DNA of 64,000 nucleotides from Octopus sinensis (GCF_006345805.1 NC_043000.1:47492001-47556000), one strand, 5' to 3'; positions 11,961 to 25,440 are shown, counted from the first letter of the stretch. Notes: generated from the sequence alone by a model not told the origin. Made by a program: numbers and translations.

Positions 11961-12107
11961 ATATTTTTTAAATGTCTTATTTTGAAAAATTGCATTCGGT
12001 GGGATTAGTAATATTTTTTGGTAGAAATGACTAATTGTCCCTCTTAGCGTGTGGCATGTATGTATAATGCTCTCTGGCATGTATGTATAATGCCCTCTAT
12101 ATATAAA

Positions 12108-12180
<73 letters not shown>

Positions 12181-12182
<2 letters not shown>

Positions 12183-12716
12183 AGTTTAACATTAAGGATA
12201 ATCTCTTAATAAGGGATCTTAACAAGAAATTATCGGGTAGCTAGCGTGAAAACCTCATAAAAGAAAAGAATCCGAAAATAATTTTTTTCTTTTGAACAAA
12301 TTAATTATATCTATATTGTATAGAGGGCATTATTACACATAAATGCCTCACACTAGGAGGGACAAAGTCATTACTACCAAAAATTATACTAATCATACCC
12401 AATGCAGTTTTTCAAAGCAAGACTTTAAAAATGAATTATGTTCTGTATCACCGTGATTTCACATACAACTTGCGTCTAATGATCGTCAGCAGAACTGATT
12501 CTGAATACATCATAAATAAACTACCAACCTTACGTAGCGGAGACGAACAGACAACTGTTCACTCCGGCCAAGCACATGGAATGTTTATAAATCATATATC
12601 CGGTAAATGGCGGGCTTTTTACGAACTGCATGTCGGGTAATGAAAAGTATTTCGGAATAAGTTTAACAATTAAGGATAATCTCTTAATAAGGGATCTTAA
12701 CAAGAAATTATCGGGT
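12181..12716 (-). mobile_element. Retrozyme-like element C, a diverged relative of B (477-bp period, ~58-bp terminal redundancy)
   Basis: TAAGTTTAAC..TTATCGGGTA at 12181 and 12658; colinear similarity to element B; (TA)n on both sides. Confidence 0.8.
12440..12495 (-). ncRNA. Type I hammerhead ribozyme (element C)
   Basis: Minus strand: GTTCTG-CTGACGA-(imperfect stem II with GAC-GCAA-GTT)-GAAA-TCAC(G)GTGA-TA-CAGAAC. Confidence 0.75.
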
Positions 12717-13259
12717 ATATATATATATACACACACAGAAACATACATGCATATATATATTTATATATATTTATGTATATATATATATGTGTATATATAA
12801 TATATATATTTATGAATATATATACACACATATTCACATATATAATACAAATAATATATATATATAATATATATATATATACATATATAGATAATATATT
12901 TATGTATTTATATATATATATATATATAATATATATATATATATATACATATATAGATATATATATTTATGTATATATATATATATGTATATACATATGT
13001 ATATGTACATACATCTATACGTATATTATGCATATGTAGGCACAGGACGTCACGAAACGTGTACAACAAAAAATACGAAGCACGAGTTCATGGAATATGA
13101 ACTATTTATTCGAACAACGAAAGACACAAATGGAAAACAAGACAAACAACATAAAGAACGACCCTTCATCAGCTGTTGGCTGTTTTTCTACTCTCGTATT
13201 TCGAACATATATACACATATATATATATATTACACAAACACACACACATATATACATAT

Positions 13260-13555
13260 ATCTTTTATCGTTTACTTGTTTCAGTCATTACAATACGATC
13301 ATGCTGGGGTACCGCTTTGAACAATCTTTTAAACATCTGGTACTTATTCTGTTGGTTGGTTTCTTTTGCTGAACCTCTAAGTCACATGAATAGATACAGG
13401 CTTCTTTCAGTTTCTATCTACCAAACACACTCACAAGGCTTTGGTCAGTCGGAAGGTATAGTAGAAACACTTGCCCAATGTGTCATGCAGTAGGACTGAA
13501 CCTGGGAACATGTCGTTGAAATCAAACTTCTTACTACACTGCCACACCATGCGTA
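13260..13555 (-). mobile_element. Family A SINE, degenerate and internally deleted
   Basis: Similarity to both halves of 1723-2140. Confidence 0.65.
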
Positions 13556-13815
13556 CATTTTTTTTAATATAGGCTTATGCATGAGTATGTGCATATGGGT
13601 GTACACGCAAAATATTACTCAATAGTAGGTTGGAGCTTATTCTTATTGTTTTAAGAAAATATTTCTTTCGTTTCTGTTCCAGAATATCGCGTTTCTAGAA
13701 GGTGATTCAAGATGACTGATTTGTAGTCTATTTTAAAAAAGAATTGATATTGTACGAGGCAAAATTCATCTAGTGTCATGGCATTGTTCAGTGTTTGGAG
13801 TATAAAAATCAGCAT

Positions 13816-13977
13816 GGCGCAGGAGTGGCTGTGTGGTAAGTAGCTTGTTTACCAACCACATGGTTCCGGGTTCAGTCCCACTGCGTGGCACCTTGGGCAA
13901 GTGTCTTCTACTATAACCTCTGGCCGACCAAAGCCTTGTGAGTGGATTTGGTAAACGGAAACTGAAAGAAGCCCGTC

Positions 13978-14031
<54 letters not shown>

Positions 14032-14250
14032 GTGTGTGTATATGTTTGTGTGTCTGTGTTTGTCCCCCTAGCATTGCTTGACAACCGATGCTGGTGTGCC
14101 TATGTCCCCGTTACTTAGCGGTTCGGCAAAAGAGACCGATAGGATAAGTACTGGGCTTACAAAAAAATAAGTCCCGGGGTCGAGTTGCTCGATTAAAGGC
14201 GGTGCTCCAGCATGGCCGCAGTCAAATGACTGAAACAAATAAAAAGAGTA
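13816..14250 (+). mobile_element. Family A SINE, full length
   Basis: High similarity to 1723-2140. Confidence 0.85.
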
Positions 14251-14391
14251 AAAAAAAGAGTAAAAAGAGAAAAAGAGTAAAAAAAAATTGTTATTATCTT
14301 AGATGTTATAAAGACACCCTAGCATCAGCAAGTTACTTCTTCAGTTGGATATCTAGTTTTTCTTTATTTGGGATGTTGTTTTATTTATATG

Positions 14392-14695
14392 AAGGCGCAT
14401 GGCTCAGTGGTTAGAGCGTGGATCTTACAATTGTGAGGTTGTGAGTTCGATTCCCGGACCGGACTGCGTGTTGTGTTTTTGAGCAAGACACTTTATTTCA
14501 CGTTGCTCCAGTTCACTCAGCTGTAGAAATGAGTTTCGACATCACTGGTGCCAAAATGCATCAGTGATGTGGAGAGGGGAGGCAGGTATGCATGAGCGAC
14601 TGCTGGCCTTCCACAAACAACTTTACCCGGACATGTTCCTCAGAGGGTAACTTTCTAGGTGCAATCCCATGGTCATTCATGACCAAAGGCAGGGG
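14392..14695 (+). mobile_element. tRNA-derived SINE with a CORE-like central domain (family D)
   Basis: A box TGGCTCAGTGG; B box GTTCGATTCC; TTGAGCAAGACACTT..CTCAGCTGTAGAAATGAG. Confidence 0.75.
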
Positions 14696-15827
14696 GTTGT
14701 GTTTTATTTATTCATTTATTTATTGTTAGTATTGTTGCTTTTTATAAATTGGAAAGGCAGTGTGAACGTTTCTGACATCATTTGCACCAGAAAAATGAGA
14801 TAACGTTTTGGCCCATTAGCATATTGTTAGTGATTTATATTTCATTGCCTCCAAATGACCTGTTGCGACAAAACCAAGGACATAAGTTCGTTGACCTAAA
14901 GCTGCTATGAAATGCGTTACACACTCAGCTGTCATACGCAGAATATACGATAAAATTATCTACTTATTTGCAAAAACAACAGATTATTTTATTATATCTT
15001 CAATGTCATACACCTTAAACAGTCAAACTCAAGCAAAGTGGTTACTGTTAATGAAGTTTGTTTTAATGCTGACGGATAAACGAGTTACCACTTCCTTTCA
15101 TATTACCATTTTTCATTCTATGGAAGATTAATAGTGTAGGAAATAATTTATTTTATCGCATTTGTAAGGATTGACCAATTCCGAAATTTTATTCGAAATT
15201 CCAAAATCCTATAATAGGAAGATATATTTCTCTGAGATTCAAGAACAGCATCTTAAGTAACTATAGAAGAAAGAGAATGAATGTTCTAATAACAAACGGA
15301 TCAATTTCATAGGTGTTTTAAAATAAGACTTCCATCTCTGTCGCTTTTCAATTACTTGCCCTTTTTCTATGAAGCAATCGGGATAATTTTGCAGATTTCA
15401 GGGTTCCATCTCTATCTACTGAAGATCTATTAGCGGCGTGTGCTCAGTAAATTACGGGAAAATACCCGAAGTATATATATATATATACACAGATGCATTT
15501 CTGTATGATTTTCTATTTTTATTCAGTAGATATTACAAAGTTACTCGAGGGCCTAAAGTTTCGGGCATGGCACTTATCAAGCGGTTCAGTGGCATGCACG
15601 AAATTCTCGGCCCTTGACTCGTTTTTAACTTCTGCCGATTTGGCATAAAGAATTTTATACACACTTAGGTGTTTAGTGTGTTCCTGTTTTTACTACCTGA
15701 TTTTCTCTCTCTCTCTCTCTTTCTTTCTTCATGCACACATACACGCAGACACACACATACATGCATACATATATAAATATATATGCATACATACATATAT
15801 ATATATTTATTCTTAAACATGAATAAT

Positions 15828-16055
15828 TGCTTCTTTACTACCCACAAGGGGCTAAACATAGAGAGGACAAACAAGGACAGAAAGGGGGATTAAGTCGATT
15901 ACATCGACCCGAGTGCGAAACTGGTACTTAATTTATCGACCCCGAAAGGATGAAAGGCAAAGTCGACCTCGGCGGAATTTGAACTCAGAATGTAACGACA
16001 GACGAAATACCGCTAAGCATTTCGCCCGGCGCGCTAACGTGTCTGCCAGCTCACC
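15828..16055 (-). mobile_element. SINE family B
   Basis: GAGCTGGCAGA..GAGTTCAAATTCCGCCGAGGTCGACTTTGCCTTTCATCCTTTCGGGGTCGAT; matches the copy at 25029-25260. Confidence 0.8.
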
Positions 16056-16561
16056 GTTGACTGTGACTTCGAAATTTTAGCCAGTAATGCTATTGTCGGA
16101 CTGTCAGCGATATTCTTGCTCCATAAAAAACTTGACCTGTACAAAAGTTTAGAGTAACTCCTCAGATTAATCAAAATTTGGTTTTTAATATAACTAAACA
16201 TAAATACTATTAACATAAAAACACGCATTAACATACTTACATATATTATGCATATATGTATATGTGTGTGTGTATGTGTGTACTCATATATTTATACATA
16301 CATACATATATATTCAATACGTGATCGGCTTGACAACATTTTTTAATATTACGATAAGTTTCTTAACATGAAACCAATAGTATCTTTAATATACAAATAA
16401 AGAAATTTTATCCACCAATGAAGTGTTGATGGCCTATTCTCGTCGTTCAACGTTTACGTGTGTGTGTGTGTGTGTATACACACATATTTATATATACACA
16501 CACACATATATACATACAATATTTATATATCTATATCTATCTATTTACACACACACACACG

Positions 16562-16664
<103 letters not shown>

Positions 16665-19179
16665 GACGGCTCAAGTCGAAGTTTTAAACGGTCCATTTCT
16701 GTAGAGCAGATTCCAGTGGTTCTACCAGGACCATATTAAGTATGTTCCAGCTGTCTTAGGCAATTACATAGAAAACTCTCGCATTCATTTTTTACCTACG
16801 ATCAGCAAAACAGACCTTTAGCTAAGGATTTATCTATATCAACTGCTTTTTGAACTCAAAAGTTGACGAGTCTGGTCAAGGATTACATGGTCTACTGTCT
16901 TACAAGCGAATTGCAAGGAAGTAACTTACCCATGGGATGGACTAGAGAGTAAAACAGACGACAGGAAATGATAATCGTTATTAACAGTTTAAAACTTAGA
17001 GGGACATTGTTTAAAAAGAAAAATATATCCAAATATAACTTCTGTTTAACATGATTCAATGTGAGTGCCTCTACCTAGTCGTTTAAATTGCTAGAAATAG
17101 CACATATCTCCATCAAATTAAATTTTTTTCTCTTTGAAAAATAAACTATAAACTGGATAGTATTGAACCAGATACGCGATACTCGAAAATAACACAGTTG
17201 GTTTGAATGAGTAGAACGCTTAACACTAAATACTAAGCACTAAACAAATATGGGGAAGCATAACAACACCGACAGATTCTGCTTATCATTGATTAATGTG
17301 TGTAATATACCATACTAAATGAAAACTTCCTTGCTACCCAACAATCCAGATTGCATTTCAGACATAATTATTACTTTCGCTGTTGCCTTCATTAGAAATT
17401 CTTATTTATCAAGCCTGCATCTATTGACTTCTGTAAGTAGGAGCAAGAAGGATACCCAAGACATTAAGAACTTTGTGAAATTGAGAAACTAATTACATTG
17501 CTAAAGTAAACTTCAATGAATGAAAAGCTGCAGAAATGAATTATTAAAAGCCTGTTTGTTGAGCTGGTAGCAAAAACTGGAACTAATTACCAATTGTAGC
17601 TTACAGCAATCAATAGCAGTTGTACAATTGAGAAAAGTTTCCAGAAACCAAATATGTCATTATGACTATTTTGGTTTTTATTATTATTTATATTTTTAAA
17701 TGTCTGGGTTGTTTTTTTTTTCCTTTTAGTTTTAAAACGAATTTCGTATTGTATCTGCTGCATGTTATGATATGATGAATAGATGAATAAATAAATAAAT
17801 GAGAAGTGGTTTCTACATGCTACGGGATATATCATACACACATAAATAAAGAAATACACACACACACGCAAGCACACACACATAAATATATACATATATA
17901 TGCATAGGTATATGTATGCATGTGTATATATACATATATGCGTATATATATATACATATATATATATATACACATACATATACATATATACACATAAACA
18001 TATGTATTTGCATATGTATGTATATATGTGTGTGTGTGTGTATGTATATATATACGCATTCTGAATATGCATCCAAACGTACATACATAAAGATATACGT
18101 GCATACATACATTCATACGTACATGCATACGTACATACGTACGTTGGTACGTACGTATGTCTATATGTATGTGTATTTGTATGTATTTATATGTATGCAT
18201 ATGTTTGTCTATCTGTATGTGTATTTGTATGTATTTATATGTATGCATATATGTTTGTCAATCTGTATGTATGTACGTATGAATAGAATAGATAAGAGAT
18301 GTGAGTTAGAGAAAACACGCTTTTTCCTTTCGCTTACAGCTGTTTCATAATCCTGTTAGTTATATAATAGGCGCTACATCAACATTTACACCTATATTAA
18401 ATATTCATATAAATGTATGTGAGTGTGTACACCCAGATATACAGGGCTGCTGAGGAGTAAACTAGTAGAATAATCTAAAGAAAGATGGAAACTCTACTTC
18501 AGAGAGCAAGCTGACTAGTATATGTTACACACACGCACAAACACACATTTGTGTGTGTATATGTGTATACATATATATGTATATGTATGTATACAACAAA
18601 TATGTGCGTGTAAACGCGAACAGCTTAATGGTTATGGTGTTGCACTTTTAAACAAGTCTCTTTATTTTTCATTCGTCCAGTTCATTCAGCACCAGCTTGG
18701 TCACTTTATGCCCCGAAAACTGGGTAACCGGCCTCTGTGAAGTCTAGGACTCGAGACTGTAATGTCCAGGGTTTATTTTCATACACACACACACACACAT
18801 GCATATGTTTATGTATATACTTATACATGTATATATATATATCTTAAGTTGACGAAGAAAGGATGACCTCCCTTTGCAAATGGCACACAAAGTGCACACA
18901 AAGTGTGTCAAGGGCACACAAAGTGTGTCAATAGCCAGCTGGAGAAGATATTCGCCTGAGGCTACAAGTTACAGTAACATCCACCCTTAGTGGTTAGCCA
19001 TATTCAGTTGGCAAATATACTTCACATTGTCGTGCAGTTACTGTCTATACCTCGTTCAGAGATTTATTATTGCGTATATATTTACACATACATACTCTTT
19101 TTTTTTATTCTTTCATTCCTGCACCGGTTTCAGCCAGAGACTGGAGCCAAGCTGAACCACCGCCTTTCAGTGTTTTGGG

Positions 19180-19670
19180 GTCTCCGTTCGGTACTGTTTT
19201 TGATGAAGAAGTGAAGTAAACGAAGTTGCTCTTCTTTGCCCTCCTGCCGCGAATTAGGCTCATCTGGGATTTCGGATAGTAATTTGTCCAGGTAATTATT
19301 TAACGTTTCCACATCTACACCTTGCATATCTCTTGGCAGGTTGTTTAACAGACGTAGTCCCATGAAACCCAAGCTATTGCAATACTGGGTCCTTGTCTTT
19401 GGTATTATGCAGTACCGACCACTTCGGTGGTTGGTATAGCTATTAATTCCAAATTTGGGAGCTAGACGTTCCGGGGTCTTACATATGTATATCACTGCAA
19501 ACCTTTCTCGCCTTCTCTCCAGGGATTAGAGCATCAGTTCTTGTGGCCTCTCCCAGTAGCGCATCTGTTTCACTGAGTCAATATTCTTTGTGCAGTGGGG
19601 CTGGATAGCCTCAAGCTCGGCCACCAATTTGACGATCTGCGGCGGCCACATTTGGGAGCAGTAACTACCG
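19180..19670 (-). pseudogene. Decayed CR1-like LINE ORF2 C-terminal fragment
   Basis: Remnants YCSQMW..ELEAIQ..YWER..L..RRRER..IYI.K, typical of the CR1-group ORF2 end. Confidence 0.65.
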
Positions 19671-19759
19671 AGGGCAAATTTCCTTCTGTTTTTGAATGAT
19701 CTAAGGATCAAGCCACCTCCTCGTCTGCATAGTGTACTCGCCTGCATATATATATTATT

Positions 19760-20075
19760 CTTTTACTTGTATCAGTCATTTGACTGCGGCCATGCTGGAG
19801 CATCGTTTTTAGTCGAAAAAATCGACCCCCATGCCTTATTCTTTGTAAACCTTCTTTGTAGCAGAAGAGCGAGAGTGTAAAAGTGAAAGGCAGACGAGTG
19901 GTCTCAATCATAAAGTGGTAAAAGTCACTTTATTTTTCATTCGTCCAGTTCATTCAGCACCAACAGTCAAATGACTGAAACAAGTAAAAGAATAGGTGTC
20001 TTTGGCTAAGTTAAGGACACGTAAACACACCAGTTTTCAAGTGATGGTGAGGAGACAAACACAGACACACAAACA
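19760..20075 (-). mobile_element. Family A SINE 3' half with an inserted unknown repeat
   Basis: CTTTTACTTGTATCAGTCATTTGACTGCGGCCATGCTGGAGCA..; insert at 19858-19962. Confidence 0.6.
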
Positions 20076-20137
20076 TATATATATTACACACACATATTTC
20101 TATATACGTATATACATACATATATATATACATATAT

Positions 20138-20173
<36 letters not shown>

Positions 20174-20174
20174 T

Positions 20175-20233
<59 letters not shown>

Positions 20234-21285
20234 GAAAGAAGGTTTGAAAATGCAATTAAAAGATGTTTATTTACTTAACGGTTTCACTCTTTGGAAAAAG
20301 ATTGTCAAAAGTAACATAGAATATTATGAATTCAAAAAAGTTTTTTACATAATGGCCACATTACATGTATATATACAATATATACATATAACATATGTTA
20401 TATGTATATATTGTGTATGTGTTTTATATATTATATATATGCTGTGTATGTGTATTGTATGTATATATGTGCTACGTGTATTTGTGTTGTATTTATATTA
20501 TGTATGTATGTGTGCGTGTGTTGTGTGTGTGTTGTGTGTGTTGTGTGTGTGTTGTGTGTGTTGTGTGTGTGTTGTGTGTGTTGTGTGTGTGTGTTATATG
20601 TGTGTATATTATATATAAATATATGTTATATTTGTGTGTTGTGTGTGTATATTATATGTGTGTGCGTTGTGTGTGTTCTGTGTGTGTGTGTGTTGTGTGT
20701 GTGTGTTGTGTGTTTGTATATTATGTGTGTGTGTTGTGCGTGTGTGTGTGGTGGGGGTGGGGGTTATGGGGATCAGATATGTGTGTGTGTGTGGTGCGTG
20801 TGTGTATGATGTGTGTGTGTGTGTATGTATGTATATGTAGTGTGTGTGTATGGCCCGCACACACGCGTAGACGCGCAAGGCGCACGCACGCGCGTGCATA
20901 CGGGCGGGCACGCATATATACACACACCATCCTACACCAAAAAATTCTTTAAACAACACACATCTATTTTCGCCACCCTGGAACCATTCAAAAACAGCCC
21001 CCACACACACGCAGACGCTTGTATACGTGTGTGTGCACGCACACAGGGGCACGCACACTCACATCAGTCTCACCTCCATACAGGCACATATATACACACG
21101 CAGCACCATGTCAAATGCCATCCACACTCATGCATGCGTATACACGCACGCACACATGCACGCACACACACACGCACACACAACACCATGACAACCACAC
21201 ACACTTGACAAACAGACGCCATCTGACCAAATACTACAGACACACAGACACATCTATTCACACACACGCAGAGAGACACACATAT
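20075..21285. repeat. Complex degenerate TA/TG/CA microsatellite field
   Basis: Directly visible; source of the many Y/I/C/V/H/T ORFs. Confidence 0.9.
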
Positions 21286-21583
21286 TCACCTCATCCTAAC
21301 CCCAAAATCATTGATGCTTGAAGGAAAGCCAAAAACAGAAAAAATGGGTACATCTTTCTCAATTCTACATTTCTGCTAAAACGGACAGGTCAGTAAACAA
21401 GCTCGCCTTGAATTCATAATATTCTGTACTGACCCTGAGATGTATAATATATTTATTTTAATCTTTTCTGCCCATTTTTTCAAATAGGCCATTCACCCAC
21501 TAGAAATAACAGCCAAAGCTTCAACCGCAAAATAACATTAATTCCGCAAACCAGGAGAAAATTTAAAAAACATTTACCCTGTA

Positions 21584-21690
21584 ATTTCTTATACGATGCA
21601 CCGTTTCATCTATTGTTTAATGGTAAACTAACCTGATTAAATTAAATCAAGCCAATCTTCCATAGGCCCTTAGATTCGTCAGTAAGAAAT
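21584..21690 (-). ncRNA. Type I hammerhead ribozyme with a long stem II insert (element D)
   Basis: Minus strand: ATTTCTTA-CTGACGA-ATCTA...TAGAT-GAAA-CGGTGCATCG-TA-TAAGAAAT; perfect 8-bp stem I. Confidence 0.82.
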
Positions 21691-22071
21691 AGCCAGATCG
21701 GAACAGATATTTTCACGAGGCACTTCTGTCCATGCCTCGGCAATATCTGACCTAAAATTTTCAAATCATCGCACTCGCGCCAAATTTATCGGCAGCAAAT
21801 AAATATAAGCCGCCGATTCCATTACGGAATCAACCAGAAAATTCATAATTAATCAATATAGGGTGGCAAAAAAAATTTTGTAGAATTTTTTTGCCACCAG
21901 CGGCCTAGTGGGAAAAAATTAAATAGTCATAGACCATTTAAGTTCAACATCACAATCAAGGAGCGGCCATAATAGGCCATTCACCCACTAGAAATAACAG
22001 CCAAAGCTTCAACCGCAAAATAACATTAATTCCGCAAACCAGGAGAAAATTTAAAAAACATTTACCCTGTA

Positions 22072-22177
22072 ATTCATATACGATGCACCGTTTCATCTAT
22101 TGTTTAATGGTAAACTAACCTGATTAAATTAAATCAAGCCAATCTTCCATAGGCCCTTAGATTCGTCAGTAAGAAAT
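22072..22177 (-). ncRNA. Second hammerhead copy in element D, stem I partly mutated
   Basis: Same core, stem II and stem III; the 3' strand of stem I reads TATGAAT instead of TAAGAAAT. Confidence 0.65.
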
Positions 22178-22448
22178 AGCCAGATCGGAACAGATATTTT
22201 CACGAGGCACTTCTGTCCCTGCCTCGGCAATATCTGACCTAAAATTTTCAAATCATCGCACTCGCGCCAAATTTATCGATGTTGAACTTATAAATGGTCT
22301 ATGACTATTTAATTTTTCCCACTAGCCGCTGGTGGCAAAAACATTATATAAAAATTTGTTTTGGCACCCTATATGATTAATTATATAATATATATAGATA
22401 TATATATATATATCATATATATACATAAATATATTCATATATATATAT

Positions 22449-22677
22449 GACGAGCTTCTTTCAGTTTCGTCTCCAAATCCATTCACAAGGCTTTGGTCTG
22501 CTGGAGGCTATAGTGAGGACACTTGCCAAAGGTACCACGCAGTGGGACTGAATCCGGGACCATGTGGTTGGGAAGCAAGCTTCTTAGCACACAGTCACGC
22601 TTGCGCCTATATACATACACGTATACAGAGAAAGTGAGAGAGAGGGAGAAAGTTATTGGGCAGGAGAAATAGCCCTA

Positions 22678-22716
<39 letters not shown>

Positions 22717-23110
22717 TATATATTCTTTTATTCTTCAATTTGTTTCAGTCGTTTGACTGCAGCCATGCTGGAGCACCGCCTTTAGTTGAACAAATCGATC
22801 CCAGGCTTTATTCTTTGTTAGCCTGGTACTTATTCTATCGATGTCTTTTGCCGAACTGCTAAGTAACGGGGACGCAAGCACAGCAACATCGCTTCTGCAG
22901 CGATGGTGGGGGGACAAACGCGGACACAAAGACACACAATCATGTGTATACATACACACACACGCACACAGACATACACATATACGACGGTCTTCTTTCA
23001 GTTTCCGTCTACCAAATCCACTCACAAAGCTCTGGTCAGCCCGAGACTGTAATAGAAGACAATTGCCTAAGGTAGCACGCAGTGAGAGTGAACCTAGAAC
23101 GATGTGGCTG
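22449..23110 (-). mobile_element. Family A SINEs (5' half at 22449-22608; second copy at 22725-23110)
   Basis: Similarity to 1723-2140. Confidence 0.75.
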
Positions 23111-24809
23111 TTGTGTAGTTTAATCTTTAATTATCAAATATCTTTTGTTACATTTTCTTATCAGTTCCTTGCGCTTTGTTTGTAAAAATGTAATTTCAAA
23201 TTCAAGCTTTAAGTTTTCTACTTCTTCACAGGCACATCACTGTGATGATATGCTCCTTGTCTCCTCATACTAAATGGAGCTGACAGGACTGATGTATAGT
23301 CTTCCCTCGGTATCTCGATATCGACTGCTAGATATATTGTTTTGAATTGTAGGTTTGTTGTAGTACAGTGCTGTAATATAGGTATTGTTTCCATCATTAA
23401 CCCTCTATTTTTGTGGGAAATTCTACAGAGTACAAATGTTTACCCATTAATGTTTAACAATGTTGATTTTCTTTAGTATGCGTGATGTAATGAATTTCAT
23501 ATTGCTCCTCGTTCTATGTGCATGGGGAACGGGAGATAGTGTGTTGTACATGTGTTAATTGTGAAGTTTATAGCTTTCACATTTGCAATCAATTTCATAA
23601 ATCACGTCGGTATTCTAAGAAATGAGTAAACTAAGCACCATATAGTTATAAGAAATATACAGCAACAAATATACCACACATCACACTTATCAAACATACA
23701 AACACTTGAAGTATTATATAAATCATATGCATACTAATTATTAAAGAAATGAATGCTTCATCATGCATTATCAAAAATAAGCACCTATAAAATAAATACG
23801 GATATGAATACACTAATGACATATTGCAAAGACTTTAAGATAGAAAAGGCACGAATCAGAAAGCATTTAAAAACAATTAACAAGCTACTAATGACTAATG
23901 AGATTTATAAACTCGATTGTAGAGTTGAACGTTATAAACTTCCCGACTCTAACTGTTATATCAGCCACACAAATACGATACTATAGTAGTGGCTTGCCAT
24001 GCTCTTACAACGAAGAATAATTGTATTCCAATATGCCACACAAGCAAGACATAAGTGTAAAGGAAAACAGTAGTAAGTAACAAATCTATGTCCTATAGGA
24101 TTCTTTCGAAGAAAAATACACTGTTAAATGACAAATCACTGCCTACTATGGAGACAGCAAAATATACCATCCCACATCACTTTGGCGATGCTATTGTGAA
24201 AATCTAGGAATATGGAAGATGGATTTTAAAGGTTTGGTGTTGCAACAACTGCAATGGTCTTATGCGAAAATATGGAAAAAATAAACTCGATAACAAAATA
24301 AAAATAGAACACGTTCGAGTATTCAATGCATCGCAAACACATACACACAAACACACACACACACATACACACATATACACACACCAACAACCACACATTA
24401 GCAAAAGCACAAACGCATGTATGTGTGTGTGTGCGTGTTTGTGTGTGGAGAGAGAGAGGGTGAGATAATGCATAAATATAAGCTCTAAGTAATATTTTAA
24501 TATTAACAGAAATCTCTTGGTTTTACTATACATTGCGCACGCAGTGAACAACAAAACTTTACACATTAGCCTAGGTACATTACTGGTATTTGTTTTCCCG
24601 AACCAGAAGGATTGAAATATAAAAGGAATAGCGTTAATATACACGATCTGTACATAGAGGTAAAGTACCTGGGCTTTTAATTTTACACTTTATAACTTCT
24701 GACACTCAACTGCCTTTTACCACTTTATTATTGAGAACACTCGTCTGCCTTTCACTTTACACTCTCGCTCTTCTGCTACAGTTTACCACTGTATTAGTCT
24801 TGCCGTTTC

Positions 24810-25440
24810 AAGGCGGCGTACTTGCAGAAACTTTAGCACCCCGGGCGAAATGGTTAGTAGTATTTCGCCTGTCTTTATGTTCTGAGTTCAAATTCCGCCG
24901 AGGTTGACTTTGCCTTTCATCCTTTCGGGGTCAATAAATTAAGTACATGTTGCATACTGGGGTCGATCTAGTCCCCCAAAATATTGTGCCTTGTGCCTAG
25001 AGTAGAAAAGAATATTTCATTATGCCGAAGGCGGCGAGCTGGCAGAAACGTTAGTACGCCAGGCGAAATGCGTAGCCGTATTTCGCCTGCCGTTACGTTC
25101 TGAGTTCAAATTCCACCGAGGTCGACTTTGCCTTTCATCCTTTCGGGGTTGATAAATTAAGTACCAGTTACGCACTGGGGTCGATGTAATCGACTTAATC
25201 CCATTATCTGTCCTTGTTTGTCCTCTCTGTGTTTAGCCCCTTATGGGTAGTAAAGAAATAGGTATTTCGTTTGTCTTTACGTTCTGAGTTCAAATTCCGC
25301 CGAGATTGACTTTGGCTTTCATCCTTTTGGGGTCGATATACTAAGTACCAGTTGCGTACTGGTGTCGATCTAATCTACTTGCCCCCTCCCCCAAAACGTC
25401 GGGCCTTGTACCTAGAGTAGAAAAATAATATTTCATTATG
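24810..25440 (+). mobile_element. Cluster of three tandem or nested family B SINEs
   Basis: TTCTGAGTTCAAATTCC..CCTTT(C/T)GGGGT(C/T) repeated at ~24880, ~25098 and ~25282. Confidence 0.8.

Larger units (their letters stand above)
11361..12112 (+). mobile_element. Retrozyme-like element B, right part (~1.6 units, 477-bp period)
   Basis: Tandem repeat with hammerheads 477 bp apart; ends GCCCTCTATATATAAATTAAT into (TA)n. Confidence 0.85.
21483..22385. mobile_element. Retrozyme-like element D (unit 488 bp)
   Basis: AATAGGCCATTCACCC at 21483 and 21971. Segment 22279-22385 is an inverted copy of ~21845-21951 and ends CACCCTATATGATTAATTAT(AT)n. Confidence 0.8.

Noticed and set aside
13030-13205. 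Repeat-like block with CTGATGAAGG on the minus strand
   Set aside because: No downstream GAAA or stems on the same strand, so a hammerhead cannot be completed.
18325-18350. GAAACAGCTGTA (minus strand), resembling the 3' half of a hammerhead
   Set aside because: No CTGAnGA core or stem I partner nearby; at most a truncated remnant. A similar case occurs at ~28495-28520.
18879-18932. Short GCACACAAAGTG repeats resembling an array
   Set aside because: A local tandem duplication without unique spacers, in eukaryotic DNA; not CRISPR.
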